Assembly: GCA_963720465.1 (NCBI GenBank)
Contig: OY970393.1
Coordinates: 64,001 to 128,000, forward strand
Reading direction: 5' to 3'
DNA: 64,000 nt
DNA from: Methanobacteriota archaeon
GTDB lineage: Archaea > Halobacteriota > Bog-38 > Methanoflorentales > Methanoflorentaceae
This document shows, piece by piece, positions 51,607 to 61,326 of the stretch (position 1 is the first letter of the stretch; each line of letters starts with the position of its first letter). The notes below the pieces were generated by a model, which did no database searches, was not told the origin of the DNA, and saw only the letters and a list, made by a program, of their open reading frames with translations. The position numbers and the translations under genes are program-made.

Positions 51607-53313
51607 TTGAGTGAAATATTAGTCAAAAACGGATACGTCTACGATCCTAAAAATGGCGTGAACGGCGATGTCATGGACATTGCCATTCGCGACGACAAGA
51701 TAGTGGACAAAGTCTCTCCTAACGCCAAAGTCATCGATGCTAGCGGCAAAGTGGTGATGGCAGGCGGAATAGACATACACGCCCACATCGCCGGTCCCAA
51801 AATAAACGTTGGCCGTATAATGAGGCCCGAGGACAAGCTGTTTCACACGAAGAAGCTATCCAAAATGACGCGATCGGGTGGTGGATTCTCGGTTCCGTCG
51901 GTGTTTGAGACCGGCTACGTGTATTCCCGCATGGGCTACACCCAAGCGAACGAGGCGGCAATGCCACCGCTAATGGCTCGGCACACGCACGATGAAATTG
52001 GAGACACACCGCTGATCGATCAGTCGGCCTACACGCTGCTCGGCAACAACTGGCTCGTGATGGAGTACATCAAAAATGGCGAGAAAGACAAACTCAACGC
52101 CTTCGTTGCGTGGATGCTCCAGGCGACGAAGGGATATTGCGTCAAGCTTGTGAATCCCGGCGGCTCAGAGGCGTGGGGATGGGGCATGAACTGTGTCGAC
52201 GTCTCCGATCCCGTCCCGTATTTCGATGTGATGCCATCTGAGATCATCACCGGGCTTGCTGAAGCGAATGAGGCTTTGAACCTACCGACCTCGATTCACC
52301 TCCACTGTAATAACCTAGGACATCCCGGTAACTACACAACTACGCTTGATACGATCAAACTCCTTGAGGGAGTCCTGCCAAGGAACGCAAAAACCCGGGA
52401 CCAAGTGATCAACTTCGCCCACATGCAGTTCCACGCGTATGGAGGCACCACGTGGAAAGACTTTGAAACCGAGGCCGAAAAGGTCGCTGACCGCATAAAC
52501 AAGAACAAGAATATGACGGTCGACGTGGGGTTCGTCACGCTTGACGAGACGACCACGATGACGGCTGACGGTCCGATGGAGTACTACCTCCACAACACGA
52601 ACCACCTCAAATGGTGTAACGACGACATCGAACTCGAAACCGCAGCGGGCGTTGTGCCCTACGTCTATAGCCCGAAGATTCACGTGTGTGGCATCCAGTG
52701 GGCGATTGGGCTCGAGCTGGCGCTTCTTATCGACGACCCAATGCAGGCGTTCATTACGACCGATCATCCCAATGCCGGACCTTTCAGGCGGTATCCACGG
52801 ATCATCAGCTGGCTTATGTCAAATCAAGCTCGGCTGGATCGACTTGAGACGTTGCATAAGTGGGTACCTGATCGGACAGCCATCGGAGGGATCTCTCGCG
52901 TATTTGACTTCTACGATATTGCCAAGATGACGCGCGCAGGTCCTGCGCGAGCGCTAGGACTTGGCGATATGAAGGGTAATCTGGGGGTCGGCGCTGACGC
53001 TGATGTCGCGATATACGATTACGACCCAAAGACTATGGATCCCACAACTGACCCTGCAGGCATTGAAAAGGCGTTCAAAGACACAGCGTACACGATTAAA
53101 GGCGGAGACATCGTTGTGATTGACGGAGAAGTTGTGAGCAAGGGCAACAAGCGGACGATCTGGGTCGACGCCACTAACGGCACAATGGATCCAGTGGTGA
53201 TGCACGACATCGACAAGAAGTTCTTAAGGTTCTACAGTGTCACGATGGCCAACTACCCGGTCCAAGACTCGTACGTGGACAACGGTCTAGTCGTTAAACC
53301 GGAGGCGGTGTAA
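51607..53313 (+). CDS. fwdA: formylmethanofuran dehydrogenase subunit A
   Basis: DIHAHIAG, KLVNPGG, HLHCNNLG.PGN, TDHPNAGPF. Confidence 0.96.
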   Translation: MSEILVKNGYVYDPKNGVNGDVMDIAIRDDKIVDKVSPNAKVIDASGKVVMAGGIDIHAHIAGPKINVGRIMRPEDKLFHTKKLSKMTRSGGGFSVPSVFETGYVYSRMGYTQANEAAMPPLMARHTHDEIGDTPLIDQSAYTLLGNNWLVMEYIKNGEKDKLNAFVAWMLQATKGYCVKLVNPGGSEAWGWGMNCVDVSDPVPYFDVMPSEIITGLAEANEALNLPTSIHLHCNNLGHPGNYTTTLDTIKLLEGVLPRNAKTRDQVINFAHMQFHAYGGTTWKDFETEAEKVADRINKNKNMTVDVGFVTLDETTTMTADGPMEYYLHNTNHLKWCNDDIELETAAGVVPYVYSPKIHVCGIQWAIGLELALLIDDPMQAFITTDHPNAGPFRRYPRIISWLMSNQARLDRLETLHKWVPDRTAIGGISRVFDFYDIAKMTRAGPARALGLGDMKGNLGVGADADVAIYDYDPKTMDPTTDPAGIEKAFKDTAYTIKGGDIVVIDGEVVSKGNKRTIWVDATNGTMDPVVMHDIDKKFLRFYSVTMANYPVQDSYVDNGLVVKPEAV

Positions 53314-53409
53314 GTCAAGAAGCTCCCCGGCGTTATTAGCCAGAGGGACGATCAATCGACTCCGACCGCAAGTCGCGCCAGTAAAGGTCTATCAAGGACC
53401 GTGGCGTGT

Positions 53410-53455
53410 ATGCAGGAGCGTAAAACGCTCTGCATCTTTCTTTTTTATCTTTTTA
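53410..53455 (+). terminator. hairpin plus oligo-T terminator of the fwd-hdr operon
   Basis: ATGCAG-GAGCGT-aaa-ACGCTC-TGCAT then T-rich tract. Confidence 0.7.
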
Positions 53456-53754
53456 TGGTTCTTTGCCTCTTAGAGGGGCTTCTGCCACCACCACGTCTTA
53501 TACCAGTTCGTTAAAGCTACTGAACACGTATTTGACGCTTTCCAGCTACACGCGCCAAACCTAAAGCATTTCCCAAGATTGAAAGCATCGCTTAAACCAT
53601 GGCGAAGCAGGAACTGCAGGAACAGTTTAAGCAAGCCGGAAGCTTCTAAATACTACTTAGCTCTTTAAGCTCCAAGGAAAACTGACTGGCCGAGCAGCCG
53701 ATTAGCTCTGCCACACTGAAATTTATACGAGTTATCGCATAAATTACAAGTGTT

Positions 53755-54252
53755 ATGTTTATGTGTGACAAATACCAAATGGATGCATATCGCGCGCGCG
53801 GCATGCTGCCCCACTGCGAAGTGCTTTGTGGTGAGGATTGCACCAATCACCTAGACACGGGCACGTATTGTGAGCATCTGTATCTTTTGGTCCAGGACCA
53901 GAGTGACCTCGTTTACAGAAGTCTAGGTATCCCCGCAGTAGACGATCCAAAGGCCATTCTTGGCGCGCAAATGGACAACGTCGCCAAACGTGTCAACCGG
54001 GTCGGCGCCGACTATATAATGGACAGTGCTTTTGATATCTCATGTATCCTCGCTGAGCTGTCGAAGGCGGGTGCTTTGAATATCTCTGAGAATCTGATAA
54101 GCGATATCGCGTATACAGTCACACTGGGCCTCTTTCTCGATAATCCAGAGGATACGCTAGATCCCAAAATGTTTCGTGTACTGGGAGCGCTTAAGAAAAT
54201 ATTCCCGGAACAGTTTGCGATGCGCACCGCTGAAAATGGGCAAGACTTTTAA
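53755..54252 (+). CDS. hypothetical protein with N-terminal Cys cluster
   Basis: 165-aa ORF. Confidence 0.6.
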   Translation: MFMCDKYQMDAYRARGMLPHCEVLCGEDCTNHLDTGTYCEHLYLLVQDQSDLVYRSLGIPAVDDPKAILGAQMDNVAKRVNRVGADYIMDSAFDISCILAELSKAGALNISENLISDIAYTVTLGLFLDNPEDTLDPKMFRVLGALKKIFPEQFAMRTAENGQDF

Positions 54253-54376
54253 TAAACGAACCTTTCCATCTGATTTAACAGCCACTTTAAGCTTCTCGCC
54301 TGCCACAGCTTCGAAAGCGAACCTGGTTGCTGTCTGCCTGCTCAGTTGTCCAGCTTGCGTGCTTCGCGGAAGCGCC

Positions 54377-54922
54377 TTACAGACTGAGAAGCAGCCCAGT
54401 TACAAACGGAATGGTGATGTTATCATCAAGATTGGGTGGCGTAATCAGTTCAATAGCTGCTGCGATTAATGCAACTAGTGCTGCTTTTGTTGGCGCAACA
54501 AAAAAAAACAGTATCGCAAAAGCGCAAACAAAAAATGTGAGCGTGCCTTCAAATGTCTTCTTCTTGAACAGTACGTGTTTGCCCGCGTAGTGGCCGGCGA
54601 TCGTCGCCAGGCTGTCAGCTATAGCAAGCACGAGTATGCTAAGAGCGGCATAAAGCGGTGCGAAGAGCAGGACAGCAATGAACGTTCCGACAAAAAAAGT
54701 GATTGCTCCCTTTGCTGTGAATCTGCTCGGCCTGTCAAAGCGCGTGAACAGCCAGGTCAATAAAGTAATGTCGTACCTTTGATAGAGAAAGGAAGCGACG
54801 ACCAACGCACCAATGAGCACCGCGTTGCAGATAAGTACTAGCGCGTGCGGGAGTGAAACGACCAACAACGCAAAAAACGTGCCGAGCAGCAAATGCGCTA
54901 TATTACGCCGCAATTCGAGCAT
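54377..54922 (-). CDS. phytol/dolichol kinase-like (cytidylyltransferase fold) membrane protein
   Basis: RRNIAH, ADSLATIAG, KKTFEG, DDNITIP. Confidence 0.88.
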   Translation of the reverse strand: MLELRRNIAHLLLGTFFALLVVSLPHALVLICNAVLIGALVVASFLYQRYDITLLTWLFTRFDRPSRFTAKGAITFFVGTFIAVLLFAPLYAALSILVLAIADSLATIAGHYAGKHVLFKKKTFEGTLTFFVCAFAILFFFVAPTKAALVALIAAAIELITPPNLDDNITIPFVTGLLLSL

Positions 54923-55131
54923 ACACGCTATAATGCGTCACGGAATAGAAAAGTTTAACCGGAACAGCGCATGCAATGAAGTGAAGATCTGCCGCAAGAA
55001 TTCTAGCTTTACGGCTTGCAGAAGGAATTTCAACAGTGTCAGATCTTAAACAGTTCAATCGCTACGTGCGCGTGCATACTCGAGACAAACAACGCTGAGG
55101 CACGCCGGTTAGGGGGTTTCAAAGGTCGCTG

Positions 55132-55614
55132 ATGGTTCAATTGATACCGGGGTTGCTATATGTTATTGTGCTCACCGCGGTATTTACGGTGCTTTTGGTG
55201 AGCTTGACGGCGGTATCGCTTCTCTCGCAAGCCCGAGCTATAGTGCGTCAGCGATACCTCGGCCCAGTCGTTAGCAAAAGAAACGTCTACAAAGTAGCGA
55301 AGCTTCGACCAATTCGTGCGACAGTGACCGCCGTCTTGCTACAGGTGAAAGATATAGAAACAAATCGCTTGCTAACCACGTTCAAAAGGCCAGCAGCGAT
55401 GAAGCTCTATGAGCAATGCTTTTACATTAAGCCCTATTTTACGTCCGGTGCGTACCTCATACGGGTCAACGATATCGCCAACGTGTCAATCACAAGCAAC
55501 GCGCTTGTGGTTACATTTGCGCACGAGGATCGCGTTATAGCGCTGCAATGCAGGGCCTCCAACATCTCTAAGTGGCGCGACTCATTACATTTGGTGATTT
55601 CAACTCACAAATAG
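55132..55614 (+). CDS. hypothetical membrane-anchored protein
   Basis: N-terminal TM, 160 aa. Confidence 0.55.
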   Translation: MVQLIPGLLYVIVLTAVFTVLLVSLTAVSLLSQARAIVRQRYLGPVVSKRNVYKVAKLRPIRATVTAVLLQVKDIETNRLLTTFKRPAAMKLYEQCFYIKPYFTSGAYLIRVNDIANVSITSNALVVTFAHEDRVIALQCRASNISKWRDSLHLVISTHK

Positions 55615-55662
55615 CATTATAAACAATAAGTCTGATTACCTACTACGGCGATCGGCGGAGAA

Positions 55663-55956
55663 ATGTCCCAGATCAAGCGAATAGTCCTAGACGTATTGAA
55701 ACCTCACGAACCTACTAACGTCGAGGTTGCAAGCGCGATCGGAGATATAAGAGACGTCGACGGAGTCAATTTGAGCCTCTACGAGGTCGATCAACAGACT
55801 GAAAATGTAAAAATCACGGTTGAGGGCACCGACGTTAACTTCGACTTGGTTCTGCAGACTATTGAGAATCTAGGAGGCGTCGTTCACAGCGTCGACGAGA
55901 TCATCGCTGGCAAGAAAATCGTCGAAGAAGAAGAAACGCTTCACGATCGTGGATGA
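55663..55956 (+). CDS. DUF211 family protein
   Basis: [21 protein letters not shown]. Confidence 0.9.
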   Translation: MSQIKRIVLDVLKPHEPTNVEVASAIGDIRDVDGVNLSLYEVDQQTENVKITVEGTDVNFDLVLQTIENLGGVVHSVDEIIAGKKIVEEEETLHDRG

Positions 55957-56555
55957 ACTTCAGTCAGTTTTTCTCTTTTGCTGAGTTCCGCAGGGAAGCT
56001 ACCCCAGGTACTATTGCGTTCATGAGCTTCAATATCGAGGAAGGGCGCTATATAATCCTTGGATCCATCGATGGACTTCTTGCCACCCTTGGAATCATTA
56101 TCGGCGTTTCAGTGGTGAGCGCTTCTAACGCGGTTATCCTCAGCGCCGCTTTTGGAGGGGCGATCGCCCTCGCGCTAACCAACGGCGTGGGGTCCTATCT
56201 TGCAGAGAGCACAATTGAGCACGGCAAGCTTGCTATAACCGAGAGATCGCTTCTGCGGAAGCTGAACAACACGTACGTCGAATCTCAAAGCCGGCGAAAG
56301 ATCGCAAAGGACGCCTTATCATCAGGAGGGGCCAGCTTTATTGGAAGCTTAATTCCGTTAGCACCGTGGATCTTTTCAGTGGGTTCGGTTGCTGCTTCGG
56401 TCGGGTTGAGCTTGATAAGTCTTGTTGCCTTGGGAATGTATGCGGGGTACATTTCAAGGCAGAGCTATGCAATATCAGTGATCAAGATGGTGGCGTTGGG
56501 GGCGCTTATAGTGATCGCGGTGCAACTGCTCAGGATTAGTCATTTAGTCCAGTAA
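55953..56555 (+). CDS. VIT1/CCC1-like (TIGR00267) membrane protein
   Basis: [16 protein letters not shown]; usual partner of DUF211. Confidence 0.85.
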   Translation: MNFSQFFSFAEFRREATPGTIAFMSFNIEEGRYIILGSIDGLLATLGIIIGVSVVSASNAVILSAAFGGAIALALTNGVGSYLAESTIEHGKLAITERSLLRKLNNTYVESQSRRKIAKDALSSGGASFIGSLIPLAPWIFSVGSVAASVGLSLISLVALGMYAGYISRQSYAISVIKMVALGALIVIAVQLLRISHLVQ

Positions 56556-56640
56556 GCGCGACTGGTTTAGTGTGCTGCAGGCATAAGCTTAACAACGGAT
56601 TCACGCTCTGTAATATCACTAAGAATTGAGGGCATGACTT

Positions 56641-57192
56641 TTGAAAGACGAAATCGCGAAATGTATGGGGTGGCTATTCAAGCGGGGTCTCACATCGACG
56701 TTGAGTGGCAATCTAAGTGCACGGGTCGATGACGTTGTTTACATCTCCCCAACGAAGGTTCCCAGCTATCAAGTTCGGGTCGAAGATGTATCCGTGGTGA
56801 CGATGAAAGGCGACCATCTCGCGGGCAAATCGCCATCGAGCGAAATGCCGACGCATCTCGCAATCTACAAGGTGACAGACGCTAAAGCAATCGTACACGC
56901 TCATTCCCGATTCGCCACGGCACTATCCTGTCTGGGGGGTGACTTGCAATCACCTGACGTCGAAGGCAAACAGCTCTTGGGTCGCATACCGTTGATTCCG
57001 TACGCGCGACCGGGCACCAGTGAACTGGCGGAGGCCGTATCGAGTGGAATTAGGGGTTTTAAAGGCGCACTTTTGGAGAATCACGGGCTAGTTGCTGTCG
57101 GAGCGGACCTCGAAGAAGCCTATATAGTGGCCGAAGGCATCGAAAGAGCGGCTCAGCTTGTCTTCGATTTAAGCTTGTTTAGTCGCCAATGA
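56641..57192 (+). CDS. class II aldolase/adducin family protein
   Basis: SGNLSAR, PSSEMPTH, VHAHS, LENHG. Confidence 0.9.
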   Translation: MKDEIAKCMGWLFKRGLTSTLSGNLSARVDDVVYISPTKVPSYQVRVEDVSVVTMKGDHLAGKSPSSEMPTHLAIYKVTDAKAIVHAHSRFATALSCLGGDLQSPDVEGKQLLGRIPLIPYARPGTSELAEAVSSGIRGFKGALLENHGLVAVGADLEEAYIVAEGIERAAQLVFDLSLFSRQ

Positions 57193-57598
57193 ATTGGACT
57201 ATGATCGTTCGGTTGCGAGGCCGGACATCGAGTTCGATGAACACGAGCTGCTGCCATGTGCCCAGCATTAACGTGTTGTTCGAGAAAGGAATTGTCACGC
57301 TTGGCTTCAGAAATGCTGCCCTGATATGAGAATGCCCGTTTCCATCGTGCCATCGCTGGTCGTGTTCATAGTGACTGTTTCTTGGAGCGATGCGGTCGAG
57401 TGCTTTCGTCATATCCGCGACGAGGCCGGGCTCATATTCGATCGTCGTCACGGTTGCTGTAGAGCCCGGGACAAAAACTGTAGCCAACCCTTCTTGGAAG
57501 TCGCTCTTTGCAAGCAGCTTGCGAACCTCGCTTGTTATGTCGATTATCTGAACACCGGCCGTGGTGTCTATCGCGATGTGTTCTGTCTTAGTCGTCAT
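57179..57598 (-). CDS. yjbQ: YjbQ/UPF0047 family protein
   Basis: IEYEPGL, NGHSHIRA, LGTWQ. Confidence 0.92.
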   Translation of the reverse strand: MTTKTEHIAIDTTAGVQIIDITSEVRKLLAKSDFQEGLATVFVPGSTATVTTIEYEPGLVADMTKALDRIAPRNSHYEHDQRWHDGNGHSHIRAAFLKPSVTIPFSNNTLMLGTWQQLVFIELDVRPRNRTIIVQFIGD

Positions 57599-57675
57599 AT
57601 GTACGCCGTGTGTTTACGTGGATCATGTTAGTCATGGTGTAAAAAGTTCTTCAGCAATAATTTGCCGTGCAGCGT

Positions 57676-57864
57676 TTATTCGTAGGCAGCAATTCTAATC
57701 CCTGCGACACTTACAATTATGAGAAATATGAGTATTACGAGTATATACCCGAGCGGCCCGGCGCCAGACAGCGTGACGGAGAGCAACAAGACCGCGAAAA
57801 ACGCGACAGAAATAATTAAGGCCACTACTTCGAGCACCATCCTTTGCATAAAGGTTAAAAACAC
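57676..57864 (-). CDS. small two-TM membrane protein
   Basis: hydrophobic 62-aa ORF. Confidence 0.55.
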   Translation of the reverse strand: MFLTFMQRMVLEVVALIISVAFFAVLLLSVTLSGAGPLGYILVILIFLIIVSVAGIRIAAYE

Positions 57865-57906
57865 TTACAGTGAGATATGTTTTGCTGTATACGCAACTGA
57901 AGGGGC

Positions 57907-58410
57907 GTGATAATCAAGATGAGGTTATTGCCGAAAAAAATATTTTTTACAACCGGCGCTGGAACACACAAAGAGAACCTTGAAAGCTTCGAAATGGCTT
58001 TGAGGGACGCAGGCATCGAGAAGTATAATCTTGTTAGTGTTAGTTCGATATTGCCGCCAAATTGCGAGATTGTTATTAAGGATAAAGGACTAAGCGAGCT
58101 GCGTCCAGGAGAGATTGTTTTTTGCGTCATGTCGAGACACGCATCGAACGAGCCTAATAGTAGAGTCTCGGCCTCTTTAGGCTGCGCCATTCCTAAGAAT
58201 CCAAATGGATTTGGTTATATATCGGAACATCACGCTTTTGGCGAAACCCCAGAGAGTTCAGGCGTCTACGCCGAAAAACTCGCTTCCAGCATGTACGAGA
58301 CGTGGACCGATTCAAAGCCGAAAGAAACCTTTAACATTTCATCGTCTGAAGTCGTCCGCGAAGGCGGCTTATGGACCACCGTGGTGTCTGTCGCGGTAAT
58401 GGTTTTGTAG
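57907..58410 (+). CDS. pdaD: pyruvoyl-dependent arginine decarboxylase
   Basis: SFEMALRDAGI..YNLVSVSSILPP, GYISEHH. Confidence 0.92.
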   Translation: MIIKMRLLPKKIFFTTGAGTHKENLESFEMALRDAGIEKYNLVSVSSILPPNCEIVIKDKGLSELRPGEIVFCVMSRHASNEPNSRVSASLGCAIPKNPNGFGYISEHHAFGETPESSGVYAEKLASSMYETWTDSKPKETFNISSSEVVREGGLWTTVVSVAVMVL

Positions 58411-58438
58411 ACAAACGCTAAGGGCAGGGGGATCAGCA

Positions 58439-58909
58439 GTGGAGTTTGAGTGTCTAAACTGTAGTGAACGAATTAGCGGAGAGGAGCTAATTGACGGCCG
58501 CTGTCCCATATGCGGGTGGCGTCACGATGAGCATAGCTCGAAGGTGCACGAGATTGACCCTAGTCTGCTGATGCTTTTTTGCCAATTTGTCAGACGCGTA
58601 GAGGATTCACTTGCCAATCAAGCTCCCATTGACAGCAGCCGGCGAAAAGAGGGTCGCATCTTATTCAAAAATCCAGCAGATCGAAAGCCCTTGCACAGCT
58701 TCAATTTAGTAACGACTCGATTCGACCAGATAAGAATTAAGAAATGTCACTACTGTGGGCGGTATCATTTTAGGGTTGGAAACAAGCTGTTGGAAGTGCA
58801 AGAGTTGGGCCCAAAGTCAACGTATCGTAAAGTCTATGCGTGTCCGAAGTGCGAACAAACACGTTCAGTCGGCCACGCATTCTACGTTAACCAAATGACC
58901 AACTCTTAG
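58439..58909 (+). CDS. hypothetical Zn-ribbon protein
   Basis: CLNC..CPICG and CHYC..CPKC. Confidence 0.65.
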   Translation: MEFECLNCSERISGEELIDGRCPICGWRHDEHSSKVHEIDPSLLMLFCQFVRRVEDSLANQAPIDSSRRKEGRILFKNPADRKPLHSFNLVTTRFDQIRIKKCHYCGRYHFRVGNKLLEVQELGPKSTYRKVYACPKCEQTRSVGHAFYVNQMTNS

Positions 58910-59116
58910 TCTGTCCGTTCGCCGAAAGGAACGCGTATAGTATCCTCCCGCGTGCATTATTTTTTAAACGCTTCAGATGCGCAGTCTAAAAGGCGGTTGC
59001 GATACAGATCTGTTTTGACGACGCACCGCCTCAGGACCTTCTTCAAGTAATATCGAGTTAAACGCGATTGACAGAGCACAGGGTACGCATAAACTCGGTG
59101 GAGCTCCCTCATTGAC

Positions 59117-59974
59117 GTGGTTAACGATAGCGAAATGAATCCAGTACCAAAAAACTGCGACTTAAGCCCTTCGGCGATCGAACGTTTTCGAGAAACGATC
59201 TATCAACATTATCGGAAACATGGTCGAATACTGCCATGGAGGCTGACCCGCGATCCGTACAAAATACTGGTTTCAGAACTAATGCTGCAACAGACTCAAG
59301 CTGACAGAGTTGTTGCGAAATATGAGTCGTTTTTGCGCGAATTTCCAAATTTTGCCGCGCTCTCGCGCGCTCGATTACAAAACGTACTCGAACTATGGCA
59401 CGGTTTGGGGTATAACAAGCGAGCACTTGCTCTGAAGCGCATAGCTCAAATCGTTGACACAAAATTCGACGGAAAGCTGCCGTCTGACTACGCGGCTTTA
59501 GTGCAATTACCAGGCGTTGGACGGACCACTGCCTGTGCCGTCCGCGCTTTCGTATTTGACGCGCCCGAGGTTTTCATCGAAACAAACATTAGAGCTGTGT
59601 TCATCCACGCATTTTTCGCCGACGCGGAAAGCGTGAAAGACGATGAGATTTACCCTTTCGTTGAGTGTACTCTCGATCGATCAGATCCGCGCGTATGGTA
59701 CTATGCGCTCATGGACTATGGCGTGATGCTCAAGAAGAAGTTCAAGAATCCAAGCCGAAAGAGCGCTCATCATAAGAAGCAAGCCCCCTTCAAGCGCTCC
59801 AACAGGCAATTGCGCGGGCAAATCCTTGCTCTGATCATCACTCACCCCGACATGACCGAAACTGAGCTGCTGCGGCGGCTCACCGCTGATCCTGAGCCGA
59901 TCTTGCGCAATCTAAAAAAACTAGAAGAAGAGGGCTTTTTCAAGCGCCAGCAGACTAAGTTCGTTATCGGTTAG
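59117..59974 (+). CDS. mutY: A/G-specific adenine glycosylase, short MutY-like HhH-GPD
   Basis: LPWR..DPY.ILVSELMLQQTQ, GLGYNKRA, LPGVGRTTA. Confidence 0.85.
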   Translation: MVNDSEMNPVPKNCDLSPSAIERFRETIYQHYRKHGRILPWRLTRDPYKILVSELMLQQTQADRVVAKYESFLREFPNFAALSRARLQNVLELWHGLGYNKRALALKRIAQIVDTKFDGKLPSDYAALVQLPGVGRTTACAVRAFVFDAPEVFIETNIRAVFIHAFFADAESVKDDEIYPFVECTLDRSDPRVWYYALMDYGVMLKKKFKNPSRKSAHHKKQAPFKRSNRQLRGQILALIITHPDMTETELLRRLTADPEPILRNLKKLEEEGFFKRQQTKFVIG

Positions 59975-60072
59975 TCAAGCATTAAGAATAAAGGCCGCCT
60001 GCGTTGTCCCCTCATTCGCCTGTGCAGGTGTTGACGGATATCCTTTATAGTAGTAAGAGGAAAGTGCGATTA

Positions 60073-60549
60073 ATGAGCAATTTTGAAAGAGAGCTCGTTA
60101 AGTCATTTAACGGCTTTTTCAAGCAGCGCGACATCGACGCTATTGCATACAGGATGAAACAACACCGCTTTTCGCAACAGATGCTTGATGTTCTAGTGGA
60201 TTCATCCGACCGTGGGCTATACCTTGGCATAGAATGCAAGAGCATCTCGCCCAGCAAAGGTGCCGCAGCGTTGTACTTCTCACAGCACTTTTCTGTAGAC
60301 AAGAAGGGAGAGCATCAGGTCGCCAAAATGCAGGAATTTATTAGGAGATCTGGCAGAATCGGGTATCTGGCCGTAGAATTGAGGATGGGGTCCGGCAAAC
60401 CAAAGACGGCATATTTAATCCCGTGGCCAGATGTGTGGCGTCGCTATAACTCGGGGCAACCGGGTTTCCCGACTGAAGAGATACGAAGAATCAATCCAAT
60501 CGCACACAACGACGGAAAATATGCGCTTGAGGGGCTGTTTGGCCGCTGA
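60073..60549 (+). CDS. Holliday-junction-resolvase-like PD-(D/E)xK nuclease
   Basis: FERELV, DVLVDS..GIECKS. Confidence 0.7.
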   Translation: MSNFERELVKSFNGFFKQRDIDAIAYRMKQHRFSQQMLDVLVDSSDRGLYLGIECKSISPSKGAAALYFSQHFSVDKKGEHQVAKMQEFIRRSGRIGYLAVELRMGSGKPKTAYLIPWPDVWRRYNSGQPGFPTEEIRRINPIAHNDGKYALEGLFGR

Positions 60550-60577
60550 CCAGACGCGAGTCGAGGAGGTGTGCTAA

Positions 60578-61321
60578 ATGACGCTGAAATTCATGTCGTC
60601 GAGAATTGAAGAGCTCATTTATGGTATTACTTTTGATGCAAGAACCGCTACAGGGACAGTCGCATTCAATACCGCAGTGGTAGCTGAAGACGATTTGGAA
60701 CGGGCGTTGAGCATTTTTAAGCTCGTGTACGCCGCGGGGCTCAACGTCGGCCCCTACGTGCGAATTATTGAGGGCGGTAAGAGTTTTAACGGCGTCTCGA
60801 TTCAGAAAGGGTTCAGCGGCATCCTTACCATTTGCAGCATTACCATTGACGGCGTACTCCTAAAAGCTGGTATCCCCGTTAAACCCGTTTGCGGTGGCAT
60901 CGTGCAAGTGACTGAAAAAATACCCATTAGATTCACAGAAACCCTGCGGTACGACGCGACTACACTGGACCCTCTCGACGTGCTGATGTCGCAAGAATTG
61001 ACGTCCGTGTTAGAAATGATCAATACAGGATCTGGCAAGGTGCTCGCAAGTGTCCGAGAAGTGCCCATGGCAGCGAAGAACCACCTTGAGAATCTGCTGT
61101 CGGATTTGATGGAGGCTGAGTTCAAGGGAATATTAGAGGTTGGTGAGCCCAACTCAGATCTGTTAGAAATGCCGGTAAACAGGGGCCATATCGGCGTAGC
61201 AATAATAGGCGGGATAAACTCTATGGCTGCCGTCAGAGAAAGTGGCATTGAGATACAGACAAACGCGATTTCGGGGTTGACAGATATTCGCGATATGAAC
61301 CGTAATCTGCTGTCATTGTAA
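60578..61321 (+). CDS. NrpR regulatory-domain (DUF128) protein without HTH, NrpRII-like
   Basis: TICSITIDGVLL..GIP, TTLDPL, GGINS.AA..E.GI. Confidence 0.8.
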   Translation: MTLKFMSSRIEELIYGITFDARTATGTVAFNTAVVAEDDLERALSIFKLVYAAGLNVGPYVRIIEGGKSFNGVSIQKGFSGILTICSITIDGVLLKAGIPVKPVCGGIVQVTEKIPIRFTETLRYDATTLDPLDVLMSQELTSVLEMINTGSGKVLASVREVPMAAKNHLENLLSDLMEAEFKGILEVGEPNSDLLEMPVNRGHIGVAIIGGINSMAAVRESGIEIQTNAISGLTDIRDMNRNLLSL

Positions 61322-61326
61322 GCGCG

